Source: a virus
IMG/VR virus record: IMGVR_UViG_3300032246_002821
Coordinates: 96,001-160,000 of that record
Reading direction: 5' to 3' (one strand)
DNA: 64,000 bases
How positions within the stretch are numbered: the first letter of the stretch is position 1; each line of letters begins with the position of its first letter. The notes beneath the pieces were generated by a model. It saw nothing but the letters and a program-made list of their open reading frames with translations, made no database searches and had not been told where the DNA came from. Positions 53,188 to 61,934 of the stretch are shown here, piece by piece. The position numbers and the translations under genes are program-made.

Positions 53188-54240
53188 ATGACCGTTTTTC
53201 CCGATAAAAATCTGTCAGGATTAGTATGTACAGAACCGTTCCGTACGGTCAATATAGATCCCGTGGGCAATGTACAACTCTGTGGATGCAGTGATTGGAT
53301 GCCACAGATAGCCGGCAACATAAACAATGCCAGCTTGCAAGACATACTCAACAGCCCAAAAGCTCAGCTAATGCGTGAGAGCATCAGAGATGGCAGTTAC
53401 AGATATTGTAACGCAGATAAATGTGGTGTTATAAACAACAAGTGGTTGATACCCCACACAGATGCCCCTGGTCATAATCTCGATCCAGAATGGCGGTTAT
53501 ACAGGAAAGAAAGCAGTAAAAAAATACCTACCAAATATTTTATAGCTGGTGATAAGACCTGTAATCTCAGTTGTCCCAGTTGTAGAAACACAGTGATTAA
53601 AAATACCATTGGCGACACTGGTAACAATATCAGAGTGATGAATCTGTTAAACCAGAACGTGTTTGCCGGCAAAAGCCATTTGCCTATTGAAATAATGTTG
53701 AGCACTAGCGGAGAGATTTTTGCCAGCAAATTCCTTTTGGAATTTTTACAAACTTTCCCTATAAACAATTACCCAAATGTTATTTTTCACTTACAAACCA
53801 ATGGTTTGTTGTTAAAGAAAAACTGGCATTTACTTGCTAATATACATAAAAATATCAAAAGTATCACGGTGACTACTGATGGTTGCACCGCAGATACATA
53901 TGAACATCTGCGTCGTGGAGGTAGATTTACAGATATACTGGACAATCTCAAGTATATGCAACAATTAAAACAACAGCATAACTTCGTGACACACAATCGT
54001 ATGGTAGTCCAGCTGGCCAATTACCAGCAGATAACAGATTTTTATCACTGGAGCAAGCAACTGGGATTCGATACTGTGGAATACAGCAGATTGCAGGATT
54101 GGAAAACATATACCGGTCCGGAATTCGCAGAACTCGATGTATTGAACCCGGAACATCAAGCATATAATGCTGCTACGGATAGTATCAAGGAACTATTATC
54201 AGAGGGTTCTAGTGTGGTACTTTTGGGGTTTAGTATCTAG
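53188..54240 (+). CDS. Radical SAM protein with N-terminal SPASM/twitch-like domain
   Basis: CTEPF...GNVQLCGC, DKTCNLSCPSC, TSGEIF, QTNG. Confidence 0.85.
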   Translation: MTVFPDKNLSGLVCTEPFRTVNIDPVGNVQLCGCSDWMPQIAGNINNASLQDILNSPKAQLMRESIRDGSYRYCNADKCGVINNKWLIPHTDAPGHNLDPEWRLYRKESSKKIPTKYFIAGDKTCNLSCPSCRNTVIKNTIGDTGNNIRVMNLLNQNVFAGKSHLPIEIMLSTSGEIFASKFLLEFLQTFPINNYPNVIFHLQTNGLLLKKNWHLLANIHKNIKSITVTTDGCTADTYEHLRRGGRFTDILDNLKYMQQLKQQHNFVTHNRMVVQLANYQQITDFYHWSKQLGFDTVEYSRLQDWKTYTGPEFAELDVLNPEHQAYNAATDSIKELLSEGSSVVLLGFSI

Positions 54241-54317
54241 GCACCCGTAGCTCAGCGGAACAGAGCTTCGCGCTTCGAACGCGACGGTCGGGAGTTCGAA
54301 TCTCTCCGGGTGTGCCA
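54241..54317 (+). tRNA. tRNA-Arg(TCG)
   Basis: TCGCG-CTTCGAA-CGCGA; CCA. Confidence 0.92.
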
Positions 54318-54327
54318 AAAATAGTTG

Positions 54328-54355
54328 TTGACATATGTTAACAATCATATATACT
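54328..54355 (+). promoter_or_regulatory. Sigma70-type promoter TTGACA-N16-TATACT
   Basis: Upstream of the Asn-to-Ser tRNA run. Confidence 0.7.
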
Positions 54356-54372
54356 GATGATATAAAGTTTAT

Positions 54373-54449
54373 TCCGAGTCGGTCACAAGGTGGGACAGCA
54401 GACTGTTAATCTGTTCATCAGGTTGGTTCGATTCCAACACTCGGAGCCA
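54373..54449 (+). tRNA. tRNA-Asn(GTT)
   Basis: GCAGA-CTGTTAA-TCTGT; G73; CCA. Confidence 0.92.
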
Positions 54450-54452
54450 AGT

Positions 54453-54525
54453 TTAGATGTGCGAGGAAGGCGATATGTTTGAACAACTGCTCGCCGCAGG
54501 TTCGACTCCTGCCGCATCTAATCTA
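54453..54525 (+). ncRNA. tRNA-like element: acceptor stem and T-arm with one irregular hairpin replacing the D and anticodon arms
   Basis: TTAGATG/CATCTAA, GCAGG-TTCGACT-CCTGC, GCGAG/CTCGC; no CCA. Confidence 0.55.
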
Positions 54526-54531
54526 ATAAAT

Positions 54532-54608
54532 GCCCCAGTAGTCCAATTGGTAGAGGCACTGGTTTTAGGTACCAGGTGGTGGGGGTTCGAGTCCCTCCTG
54601 GGGCACCA
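54532..54608 (+). tRNA. tRNA-Leu(TAG) with short variable loop
   Basis: CTGGT-TTTAGGT-ACCAG; 5-nt variable loop; A73; CCA. Confidence 0.88.
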
Positions 54609-54615
54609 CTAACGA

Positions 54616-54691
54616 TGGCGTGTAGCTCAGCTGGAAGAGCATTCGACCGATAATCGAAAGGTCACTGGTTCGAGACCAGTCACGCCAACCA
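54616..54691 (+). tRNA. tRNA-Ile(GAT)
   Basis: TTCGA-CCGATAA-TCGAA; CCA. Confidence 0.94.
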
Positions 54692-54697
54692 AGATAT

Positions 54698-54774
54698 GCT
54701 AGCAGGGCGGTAGTGGAATCGCGCCCGCCTCATAAGCGGGTCCAAAGCTGGATCGAAGCCAGCTGTTAGCACCA
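54698..54774 (+). tRNA. tRNA(CAT), elongator Met or Ile2
   Basis: CCCGC-CTCATAA-GCGGG; CCA; identity cannot be resolved by eye. Confidence 0.8.
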
Positions 54775-54782
54775 ATAGTAGT

Positions 54783-54856
54783 TGGGATGTCGTCTAAAGG
54801 TAGGACAACGGATTTTGATTCCGTTTATCGTGGTTCGAATCCATGCATCCCAGCCA
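54783..54856 (+). tRNA. tRNA-Gln(TTG)
   Basis: ACGGA-TTTTGAT-TCCGT; U1-A72; G73; CCA. Confidence 0.94.
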
Positions 54857-54872
54857 AGCTATATATGATAAA

Positions 54873-54962
54873 GGAGAGGTGGTCGAGTGGTTGATGGCTC
54901 TGGTCTTGAAAACCAGCGAGGGTTCAAGCCCTCCGTGGGTTCGAATCCCACCCTCTCCGCCA
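54873..54962 (+). tRNA. tRNA-Ser(TGA)
   Basis: CTGGT-CTTGAAA-ACCAG; long variable arm; G73; CCA. Confidence 0.96.
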
Positions 54963-54973
54963 ACAAACGATAT

Positions 54974-55693
54974 TTGATAGAATATCTGGGAGGCTGCAAG
55001 GGCGAGCTGTTTTGCAGATTCCTCAACAAAGATACTTTTATCAAAGATATATACAATAGATTTCCCAGTTTTATCAAAGATGAGAATGATTTGCGTAAAA
55101 TCAGTCAATTAGCAAATACAAAAGGTTTTAATAAAGATTACGATGTATCATATTTCCGACGGTATTTCGACCAATATGATGCTGGGAAAAAATTTTTAAG
55201 ATGTCATGACATAGAAAATATTTTTCCTTTAATGGAATTATTTACAAAACACAATATCCAAGTAGTCAAAATCAAATTCCATAAAGAAAGTTACGCTAAT
55301 ATTTTTATCGAAGGAACTTTAAAAAATATAGATAGGCCAGCGGAGACGCACTATTATTACACAATGGATAAGGAGTTGCTGGACAATGATGTGCCATTGA
55401 ATGATACACATAGATGCGAGTGGTTATATAAAAGATTGAAAGGCCAAGACGATCAAAGATCCAGACACTTTCAAAGTTATGACCACTTCAATAAAAAGTT
55501 ATTCGATAAACACAAAAAAATAATATATTATGAGGATATATTTTTGAAATTAGATCTAGAACACGAAATATTTCAAGATGTGGATACTGAGGATTACAAA
55601 AATTTTGTTTCTCAGACCTGGCTACCTGAAAAGATAATTCTTTTCGGACAAGAGTGGTATCCCAAGGATTACGGTTATGAAGCACATATATAA
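54974..55693 (+). CDS. AT-rich hypothetical protein (start uncertain), possibly sulfotransferase-like
   Basis: The frame is open from inside tRNA-Ser; the first start codon after the tRNA is TTG at 54974 (LIEYLGGCKGE). Confidence 0.55.
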   Translation: MIEYLGGCKGELFCRFLNKDTFIKDIYNRFPSFIKDENDLRKISQLANTKGFNKDYDVSYFRRYFDQYDAGKKFLRCHDIENIFPLMELFTKHNIQVVKIKFHKESYANIFIEGTLKNIDRPAETHYYYTMDKELLDNDVPLNDTHRCEWLYKRLKGQDDQRSRHFQSYDHFNKKLFDKHKKIIYYEDIFLKLDLEHEIFQDVDTEDYKNFVSQTWLPEKIILFGQEWYPKDYGYEAHI

Positions 55694-55958
55694 ATTTTTC
55701 TATAACAGTTATCACACAGACAAGACCTGTTTCTATCTGGAGATGTTAGCTGCCGTCATAACCATCTGCGCCAGCCTGGCATTGGCTGTTACTGCCAGAC
55801 ACCCGGATATGACAGTGATCTATCCGGGTTTTTTCGTGGGCAGTTGCATCAGCGCCTACACCAATATCAGACGCGACCTAGCTTGGCCAGCAATCTTGAC
55901 TTTTTATTTCGCCAGTGTAAATATCTATGGCTGGTTCAGGGCCATGGGCTACATTTAA
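55677..55958 (+). CDS. Small multi-TM membrane protein (paralogue of 22974-23264)
   Basis: Three hydrophobic segments. Confidence 0.65.
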   Translation: MKHIYKFFYNSYHTDKTCFYLEMLAAVITICASLALAVTARHPDMTVIYPGFFVGSCISAYTNIRRDLAWPAILTFYFASVNIYGWFRAMGYI

Positions 55959-56126
55959 GGAAAGTTAGATGAGTTATAGCATCCTCAAGATGATCGAATT
56001 TAGCCTGGATTACCTGCTAAGGAACGAACTAAGAGAGGATGTGGAAATACCCGAGGGTCCTGAAGCCAAAGCGATCATTATAGGATATGTTCGCAGACGA
56101 ATATCAGAGATCCAAAAACAGACTAA

Positions 56127-56396
56127 ATGAATACAGAAATACACATAAAAGAACCAGTCAAATTACATCAAAATTGGTACATAAAGATACAGACCAACTT
56201 TTTCCTGCCACTGCAATTCATGAACAGCGAAGTGGTGGAACACACCGTGGGCCGCCCATTAAGAGACTGGCTGGACGATTGCCTCATAGGTGATTATAAT
56301 CTGAATATGCACTTCAACACTGGCGATCCCTATTACAACTTATTGTTAGAAAACGAAGCAGACGTCTTGACCGTCATGATGAAATATGGTAATTGA
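56127..56396 (+). CDS. Small hypothetical protein
   Basis: Last ORF of the plus-strand run; resembles 22738-22977 (Y.LNxHFNxGxPY). Confidence 0.5.
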   Translation: MNTEIHIKEPVKLHQNWYIKIQTNFFLPLQFMNSEVVEHTVGRPLRDWLDDCLIGDYNLNMHFNTGDPYYNLLLENEADVLTVMMKYGN

Positions 56397-56997
56397 CAAA
56401 AACTTTCACATCGCTAGTTTTATAATCTTGAAATACAGCAGGTTTCTTCAAACCTAAATACTCACACAACAATTGATTATCGGATATTTGCCCACAGATC
56501 CGACTGAATTCCAACAATTTTGAGTTTTGGTTGTCTATATGAACTGCCATGGTTTTTAAATCTCTATAATAAGAATAACAAGGGTATGTGATATCAAAAT
56601 GTCCACACCTTACCCACCATCCTAGACAAGCATCATCTGGTCTATGAGCGATTATTATGGGACAATCAGGCCAGGTTTGTCTGATAAAATCCAAATGATA
56701 ACTGAACACGTGGCTTTTTATCAATCTCACACCTGTAGCACTGAAGGGTTTATCGAATTCTTGTTCCAATTCTTCTTTAGTATATAGATTCAAATCACAG
56801 AAATCACTTCCAAATTCCATCTGTGGATCCCAGTAGGCACCCATATGCATCAATAAGTTTTCGCCCCAGGCGCTGTGCCAATATTGCCTGGCAGGCGATT
56901 GGTCGCTGGTATCGAAGCTATCACTGGTGTATAGATTTTTAGCCACACTGCTCCATTTGCTGCCAGGTGCGCCTGCCAGGAAAACATATTTGAACAT
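56374..56997 (-). CDS. P-loop / sulfotransferase-like protein
   Basis: FLAGAPGSKWS, LIKSHVF, IIIAHRP; start MFKY at 56997. Confidence 0.55.
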   Translation of the reverse strand: MFKYVFLAGAPGSKWSSVAKNLYTSDSFDTSDQSPARQYWHSAWGENLLMHMGAYWDPQMEFGSDFCDLNLYTKEELEQEFDKPFSATGVRLIKSHVFSYHLDFIRQTWPDCPIIIAHRPDDACLGWWVRCGHFDITYPCYSYYRDLKTMAVHIDNQNSKLLEFSRICGQISDNQLLCEYLGLKKPAVFQDYKTSDVKVFVNYHISS

Positions 56998-57200
56998 CAC
57001 ATCCTCTTCAATATAGGCAACCACAACCGTTCGTGACAATAGTACAGGAAGATCTTTGTGAAGAATTCTATACCTGATATGGCCAGTGCGATATGTGGTT
57101 GCCCTGTTATCAGATAACTTATCACGAATGTATCCAGTGTGCCTACCACACGCCAGCTGACTGTTTTGATCAATAACAACAGATCTCTGGTGAATTTCAT
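56997..57200 (-). CDS. DUF2061 membrane protein
   Basis: KTVSWRVVGTLDT...IEFFTKIFLYYCHERLW. Confidence 0.9.
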   Translation of the reverse strand: MKFTRDLLLLIKTVSWRVVGTLDTFVISYLITGQPHIALAISGIEFFTKIFLYYCHERLWLPILKRM

Positions 57201-57886
57201 ATGGAATATCTCACGTCAGGTCCGGCTCTTTGTAATAAAAACCTGGTGCGATCTGATTTACGTCCGGTTATTTGCAATGTAGGTCTGATGCTCCTGCTGG
57301 CATTGGCCGTTGCGTGTGGCACATTGGGCCAGTCGAATATGTGTGCGTCTCCTGCTCGCCAACGATCATAGATGTAATTTCCATACATATAGAATTGTCC
57401 CGGTTCCCAATCTTCCAACATGACTGTCAGACGTATGACATTGTCGGGATTTTCATCTATGTCCCACAGCTTGTCTATGTGCAGATTGAACATATCTCCC
57501 AGCTTTTGGATATGTATGCGTATCTTGGGCTTCTCTATCTGGAAGTAATCTACCATCTTCTGCAACGTGGGATATCCTGTGAGATCGTCCCACATATGAG
57601 TGATGGTCATCTTGGGATCTCCGCCCACAGCAGCTATGTCGCGTTCTTCCTGTGCCAGCATAGGGCTGTAGTTAGGGCTATCTTTTCCATAAAATTTTCG
57701 TGTCTCCCAATTCATAGGAGCAGCTTTGTGCTTGATATCGTCGATCTCTGACTGCCAGTCTCCGGTAAATCTACCTAAACGTGTGAACCATTCACCATCA
57801 GCATCTTTCCGCCATTTGTCGAAATGATAGTTGCTTCGTTCTACAGTCCATTCCCAACTGCTATCGTACTCATCTAGATTCTTCAT
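57197..57886 (-). CDS. Cupin/DSBH dioxygenase-like protein
   Basis: FNLHID, LEDWEPGQF, WPNVPHATAN, RPTLQITG. Confidence 0.65.
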   Translation of the reverse strand: MKNLDEYDSSWEWTVERSNYHFDKWRKDADGEWFTRLGRFTGDWQSEIDDIKHKAAPMNWETRKFYGKDSPNYSPMLAQEERDIAAVGGDPKMTITHMWDDLTGYPTLQKMVDYFQIEKPKIRIHIQKLGDMFNLHIDKLWDIDENPDNVIRLTVMLEDWEPGQFYMYGNYIYDRWRAGDAHIFDWPNVPHATANASRSIRPTLQITGRKSDRTRFLLQRAGPDVRYSI

Positions 57887-58523
57887 CGTTTTTCCTCAAC
57901 CATGGTGGTGTGTTAATATTTCTTACGTGGTCATCTAACCAATAGGGATCCGCCGCGTGTATGTATTTGCTGTTGGCATCGTCCTTCAAGATGTCATCTA
58001 TGCAAGGATCAGTATCAGCTACAGGAAAATCCAGCCAATGACCCAAGCTCTTGACATACTGGCGCCTGTACAGATACAACAGCTCTTGGCTTACGAAGAA
58101 CGGAGGAGTCTGGAACCAGCGTATCAGCTGTGGTAGTGTGCCCCAGCTGGGTCCTCCTCGCACTCTGGTCTGTTGATGTGTCAGTATGTTCTGATCACGA
58201 CCAATTATCACAGGCTGTACCGTGATGCCTGCTGATTGGGCTGCGTGAATAAAATCAAACAGAGGAGGTATGCGAGGCATCCAGTCCTGTATGTAAGGAC
58301 AGCTGATGCTTGTGACAGCATACTGTTTGCCCTGCATCATCTCTGTCGTGATTGTATCAGGATCCCGCCAATAGTCATTGAAAGGTTCCTGTATGTGTGG
58401 TATGAAGTAACCATCTGGTTCCAGCAGTGCTTGCCAGCCCAGCACATCTGTATGTAGGCTGAATATCTTGCTGAACAGATGATTTCCCGAGCCTTGTGGC
58501 CCCACAAGGACCAGTATTTTCAT
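57870..58523 (-). CDS. Sulfotransferase-like P-loop protein
   Basis: LVGPQGSGNHLFSKIF, VIIGRD. Confidence 0.55.
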   Translation of the reverse strand: MKILVLVGPQGSGNHLFSKIFSLHTDVLGWQALLEPDGYFIPHIQEPFNDYWRDPDTITTEMMQGKQYAVTSISCPYIQDWMPRIPPLFDFIHAAQSAGITVQPVIIGRDQNILTHQQTRVRGGPSWGTLPQLIRWFQTPPFFVSQELLYLYRRQYVKSLGHWLDFPVADTDPCIDDILKDDANSKYIHAADPYWLDDHVRNINTPPWLRKNDEESR

Positions 58524-59992
58524 ACTTCTGTAGCTGCCAACTTGTCTGTGTTATTGTCCGCGTAACTGATGATAACGCTCAGCAATCCGCTGCCGAACAC
58601 TGCCAGCATGGTACCTGCGAATATCATATCCTTGCCGCCGCCCCAGTACTGTCCATACACATACAGGGGGAAGCCCACGAGGAACGCACTGAGTATACCC
58701 CAGAACATCCCACGCTCTGTGATGGCGTTCTCATTCCAGATGCTGATCATAATGGGCAGCCACACACAGGCTCTCATTATACCGAAGAACAGGAATATGG
58801 TCTGCAAGGTCATTCCTGGCCAATTGGCCATAATTAACCCAGCTATCACCAGTATCATCATTCCTGTCCTGGCATAACTGATGCTGTGTTCTTCTGTGCT
58901 ATTGAAACGATTATAGACATCGTGTCCTGCTATGTTGGCTGCACTACTCAGTTGGCTATCCAACACACTGACCAGACCGGCAAACAGCATGAACAGATAC
59001 AACATACTGCACCAGGCTGGCAACAGACTGCCCACTGTTACGATATTGGTATAACCTACCAGTGCTGCTGGTATCTGGTATTTTAGGCCTGCTGCCAAGA
59101 AACCCAGCACACCACTCATTACAGGGATGCAAAGGAATATCATTGCGCCTATCCAGAATGCCTTACGCACCTGTTGCTGATCGATGGCAAACGCACGTTG
59201 ATAGAAACTGTTGTCGCCCCAGGGGCCTCCCATATGTCCTATGAATGTGACGAATCCCACGCCCATGAAAACACCAGTGGCGAAGTCTGTGCCTAATATG
59301 TTGGCACCTTTGCCTGTGATGCCGCCCAGTCCTGACAACACTATGTCCCAGCCACCTGCGCTGCTGACCGCACTGGGTACCAATACCACTAATCCTATCC
59401 ACAACACACTGAGTTTCAATACTTCGGTGACAACACTGGCTTTCAAACCGTTGCCGAAAGCATACACCAGTGCCAGTACTGCCAGACAATAACTCACGAT
59501 GTGATAGTCCAAGCCTGTCAGCACTTCCACGCTCTTGCTGCCTGCCAACACATTGATAGCGAACGCACACACTGCCAGCATGGCCATCTCCACACTGAGC
59601 AGTGCCTGCACACGTGGACTGAATTTTTCACGGAAATATCCCGCGATAGTGAATCCATCTGGCTTGCGTTCTCTCAGCAGTTTAGCGAAATATCCGAACA
59701 AGAACAACGTGAGGAAATTACCAATGGTGAACCAGAACAAGCCTACCAGACCGTTCTGATATGCCTGTTGTGCGCTGATGAACATACCGGGCGCCCATAC
59801 CCAGGCTGCACCCACGCTGAGTGCTCCGGGCAACAGGCCTACACCACGGCGTGCTACCAGATAGCTTTCTTTATTGGTATTGAAACCAGTGGCAAAATAA
59901 TATGTCAGTGTCAGTGCCACTAAGGCATATGCTGCCAGAACCATACTGCCCGTTTCAGGAGCAAATAAGGGAAATAATTTTGAGAAGTCCAT
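58520..59992 (-). CDS. Sodium:solute symporter family transporter (DUR3/PutP-like)
   Basis: About 13 TM segments; ESYLVARR, AWVWAPG, GLKASVVTE, WGDNSFYQRAFA, LVSVLDSQLSS. Confidence 0.9.
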   Translation of the reverse strand: MDFSKLFPLFAPETGSMVLAAYALVALTLTYYFATGFNTNKESYLVARRGVGLLPGALSVGAAWVWAPGMFISAQQAYQNGLVGLFWFTIGNFLTLFLFGYFAKLLRERKPDGFTIAGYFREKFSPRVQALLSVEMAMLAVCAFAINVLAGSKSVEVLTGLDYHIVSYCLAVLALVYAFGNGLKASVVTEVLKLSVLWIGLVVLVPSAVSSAGGWDIVLSGLGGITGKGANILGTDFATGVFMGVGFVTFIGHMGGPWGDNSFYQRAFAIDQQQVRKAFWIGAMIFLCIPVMSGVLGFLAAGLKYQIPAALVGYTNIVTVGSLLPAWCSMLYLFMLFAGLVSVLDSQLSSAANIAGHDVYNRFNSTEEHSISYARTGMMILVIAGLIMANWPGMTLQTIFLFFGIMRACVWLPIMISIWNENAITERGMFWGILSAFLVGFPLYVYGQYWGGGKDMIFAGTMLAVFGSGLLSVIISYADNNTDKLAATEV

Positions 59993-60067
59993 AAAAATTC
60001 CTTTGCAAGTGAAAATTACTTTTTATTTAGTGATTTTTTCTTTACATAAATAAAAAATATAGATTAT

Positions 60068-60811
60068 ATGGAAAAAAATATGAATATCAAAATTTATAAC
60101 CATCTATTGGAAAAATTATCTGATTGTTTCGCTTTGGAAAAATATCAGGGAATCCAGGATAGTTTCGATAAAGAAACCATCGTGGATCAGCTGCCCTGGA
60201 CTCCCAAACGCTGGCAAAATTTCCAAGAGCAAATCAATCAGACATTTGATCTGGATGTCAATTATACCGGATCATTACAGGACATCGTGGATGATATAGA
60301 TGAAAAGTACAAAACTAGATTCTGGGGCGAAGGTGTCTGGCAGCCCAGGACCAACCAATTCCAATACACAGGCTGGCAGATAGCAGAGGAGATCAACAAG
60401 CGCAATCCTGCTGCTGTGCTGGATGTGGGCTGCGGCTACAATCAGTTCAAGAGCCAGATAGCCAATCTCACAGGCATAGACAAATACAACAACAATGCCG
60501 ATTTCATGGTGGGCATAATGGAGTACAACGTGCCGGAAAAGTATGACGCCATCATAGTGTTCGGTAGCATCAACTTCGGCACTTACACAGACATAGGTGA
60601 ACAATTTGCCAAAGTTTTCAGTCTACTTGCTCCTGGCGGCAGGATCTATGTCAGGGCCAATCCTGGTATCAGCCACAAGAACGGTCCCTGGATAGACATT
60701 TTTGCCTATGACTTCGAGACAGCAGACAAGATAGCCAGGGAAAACCTGGCCCGTATGGTAACCTTCAAGAAAGACAACGGCGACAGATTGTATTTCGTAT
60801 ACGAAAAATAA
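60068..60811 (+). CDS. Class I SAM-dependent methyltransferase with helical N-terminal extension
   Basis: VLDVGCG, GIDKY, YDAIIVFGSINF, LLAPGG. Confidence 0.85.
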   Translation: MEKNMNIKIYNHLLEKLSDCFALEKYQGIQDSFDKETIVDQLPWTPKRWQNFQEQINQTFDLDVNYTGSLQDIVDDIDEKYKTRFWGEGVWQPRTNQFQYTGWQIAEEINKRNPAAVLDVGCGYNQFKSQIANLTGIDKYNNNADFMVGIMEYNVPEKYDAIIVFGSINFGTYTDIGEQFAKVFSLLAPGGRIYVRANPGISHKNGPWIDIFAYDFETADKIARENLARMVTFKKDNGDRLYFVYEK

Positions 60812-60848
60812 GCTATCTGTTCCTAGATAAATATATCTAGGAACTCAT

Positions 60849-61931
60849 ATGCCCAGATTAAGTCTATACCGTGAAAATCACAGCAACGATTACAAATTCC
60901 AAGACAAACGCATCCAGGAAGTGTTCACTGCCGGCGGCGTGGGTATAAACGTACACAAATATCTGGGTCCAAAAGATAACGGTGCCACCACAGATTACAC
61001 CGAACCACAGTATGCCAATCAGAGTGAAAAGAACATACAGGATTTGCTGTTCCTGGAAAACCGTGATCGCAAATATGATCTGGACGTTTACAACCTGCGT
61101 GGCCACTATACCATTCAGGACATAGATTTCAATCTGGCTCAGTTCGGACTGTTCATCAACAACGACACATTATACATCACATTCCACTACAATGATATGG
61201 TGGCCCGACTGGGACGCAAGATAATGCCAGGCGATGTATTCGAGATGCCGCATCTGAAAGATTATCATCCACTGGACGACACTATACCAGCAGCATTGAA
61301 AAAATACTACGTGGTGCAAGAAGCCACCCGTGCAGCTGAAGGTTATGCACCCACTTGGCACTATCATCTGTGGCGCTGCAAAGTGGTACCAATGGTGGAT
61401 GGTCAGGAATATAAAGACATACTAGATCAACCAGTGAGCGACGACAGCACCTTGAATTTGCGCGACATAATGAGCAATTACAACCAGAATATACAAATCA
61501 ATGATGCTGTGGTCGTACAAGCAGAAACAGATGTGCCTTTCAGTGGTTACAGCACCACTAGCCTGTATATACTACCCAGCAACAGTGCCATAAGTCCCAC
61601 ACAGGGCATACAGGGTTACCTGACAGGTGATGGCAACGCACCTAATGGTTTGAGTGTCACTGCCGACGTGGCATTTCCTGTGCATCCCACACTGGGCCAA
61701 TATGTACTACGCACAGACTATTTTCCCAATCGCCTGTTCCGTTACGATGGACAACGTTGGATAGCCATACAGGATGTACAGCGCCAGAATATGACAGGTG
61801 CCAACAACAAGAGCTTGCTGGGCACATTCATAAACAACAGCGCAACAACTCATCTGAGCAATGGTTTCGTCACCAGCCAGAAACAAGCACTGAGCAACTT
61901 GCTAAAAATAGCACCAGACAAGCTAGGATAA
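60849..61931 (+). CDS. Neck / head-closure protein (T4 gp14-like)
   Basis: IQDLLFLENRDRKYD, FGLF...DTL, GRKIMPGDVFEMP; ATAAATA upstream. Confidence 0.75.
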   Translation: MPRLSLYRENHSNDYKFQDKRIQEVFTAGGVGINVHKYLGPKDNGATTDYTEPQYANQSEKNIQDLLFLENRDRKYDLDVYNLRGHYTIQDIDFNLAQFGLFINNDTLYITFHYNDMVARLGRKIMPGDVFEMPHLKDYHPLDDTIPAALKKYYVVQEATRAAEGYAPTWHYHLWRCKVVPMVDGQEYKDILDQPVSDDSTLNLRDIMSNYNQNIQINDAVVVQAETDVPFSGYSTTSLYILPSNSAISPTQGIQGYLTGDGNAPNGLSVTADVAFPVHPTLGQYVLRTDYFPNRLFRYDGQRWIAIQDVQRQNMTGANNKSLLGTFINNSATTHLSNGFVTSQKQALSNLLKIAPDKLG

Positions 61932-61934
61932 TCA

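Noticed and set aside
54532-54608. Possible amber suppressor or recoded genome
   Set aside because: Anticodon TAG reads CUA, not UAG. There is no CTA or TCA anticodon tRNA, genes end normally at TAG (42017, 51827, 54240), and long genes are intact in code 11.
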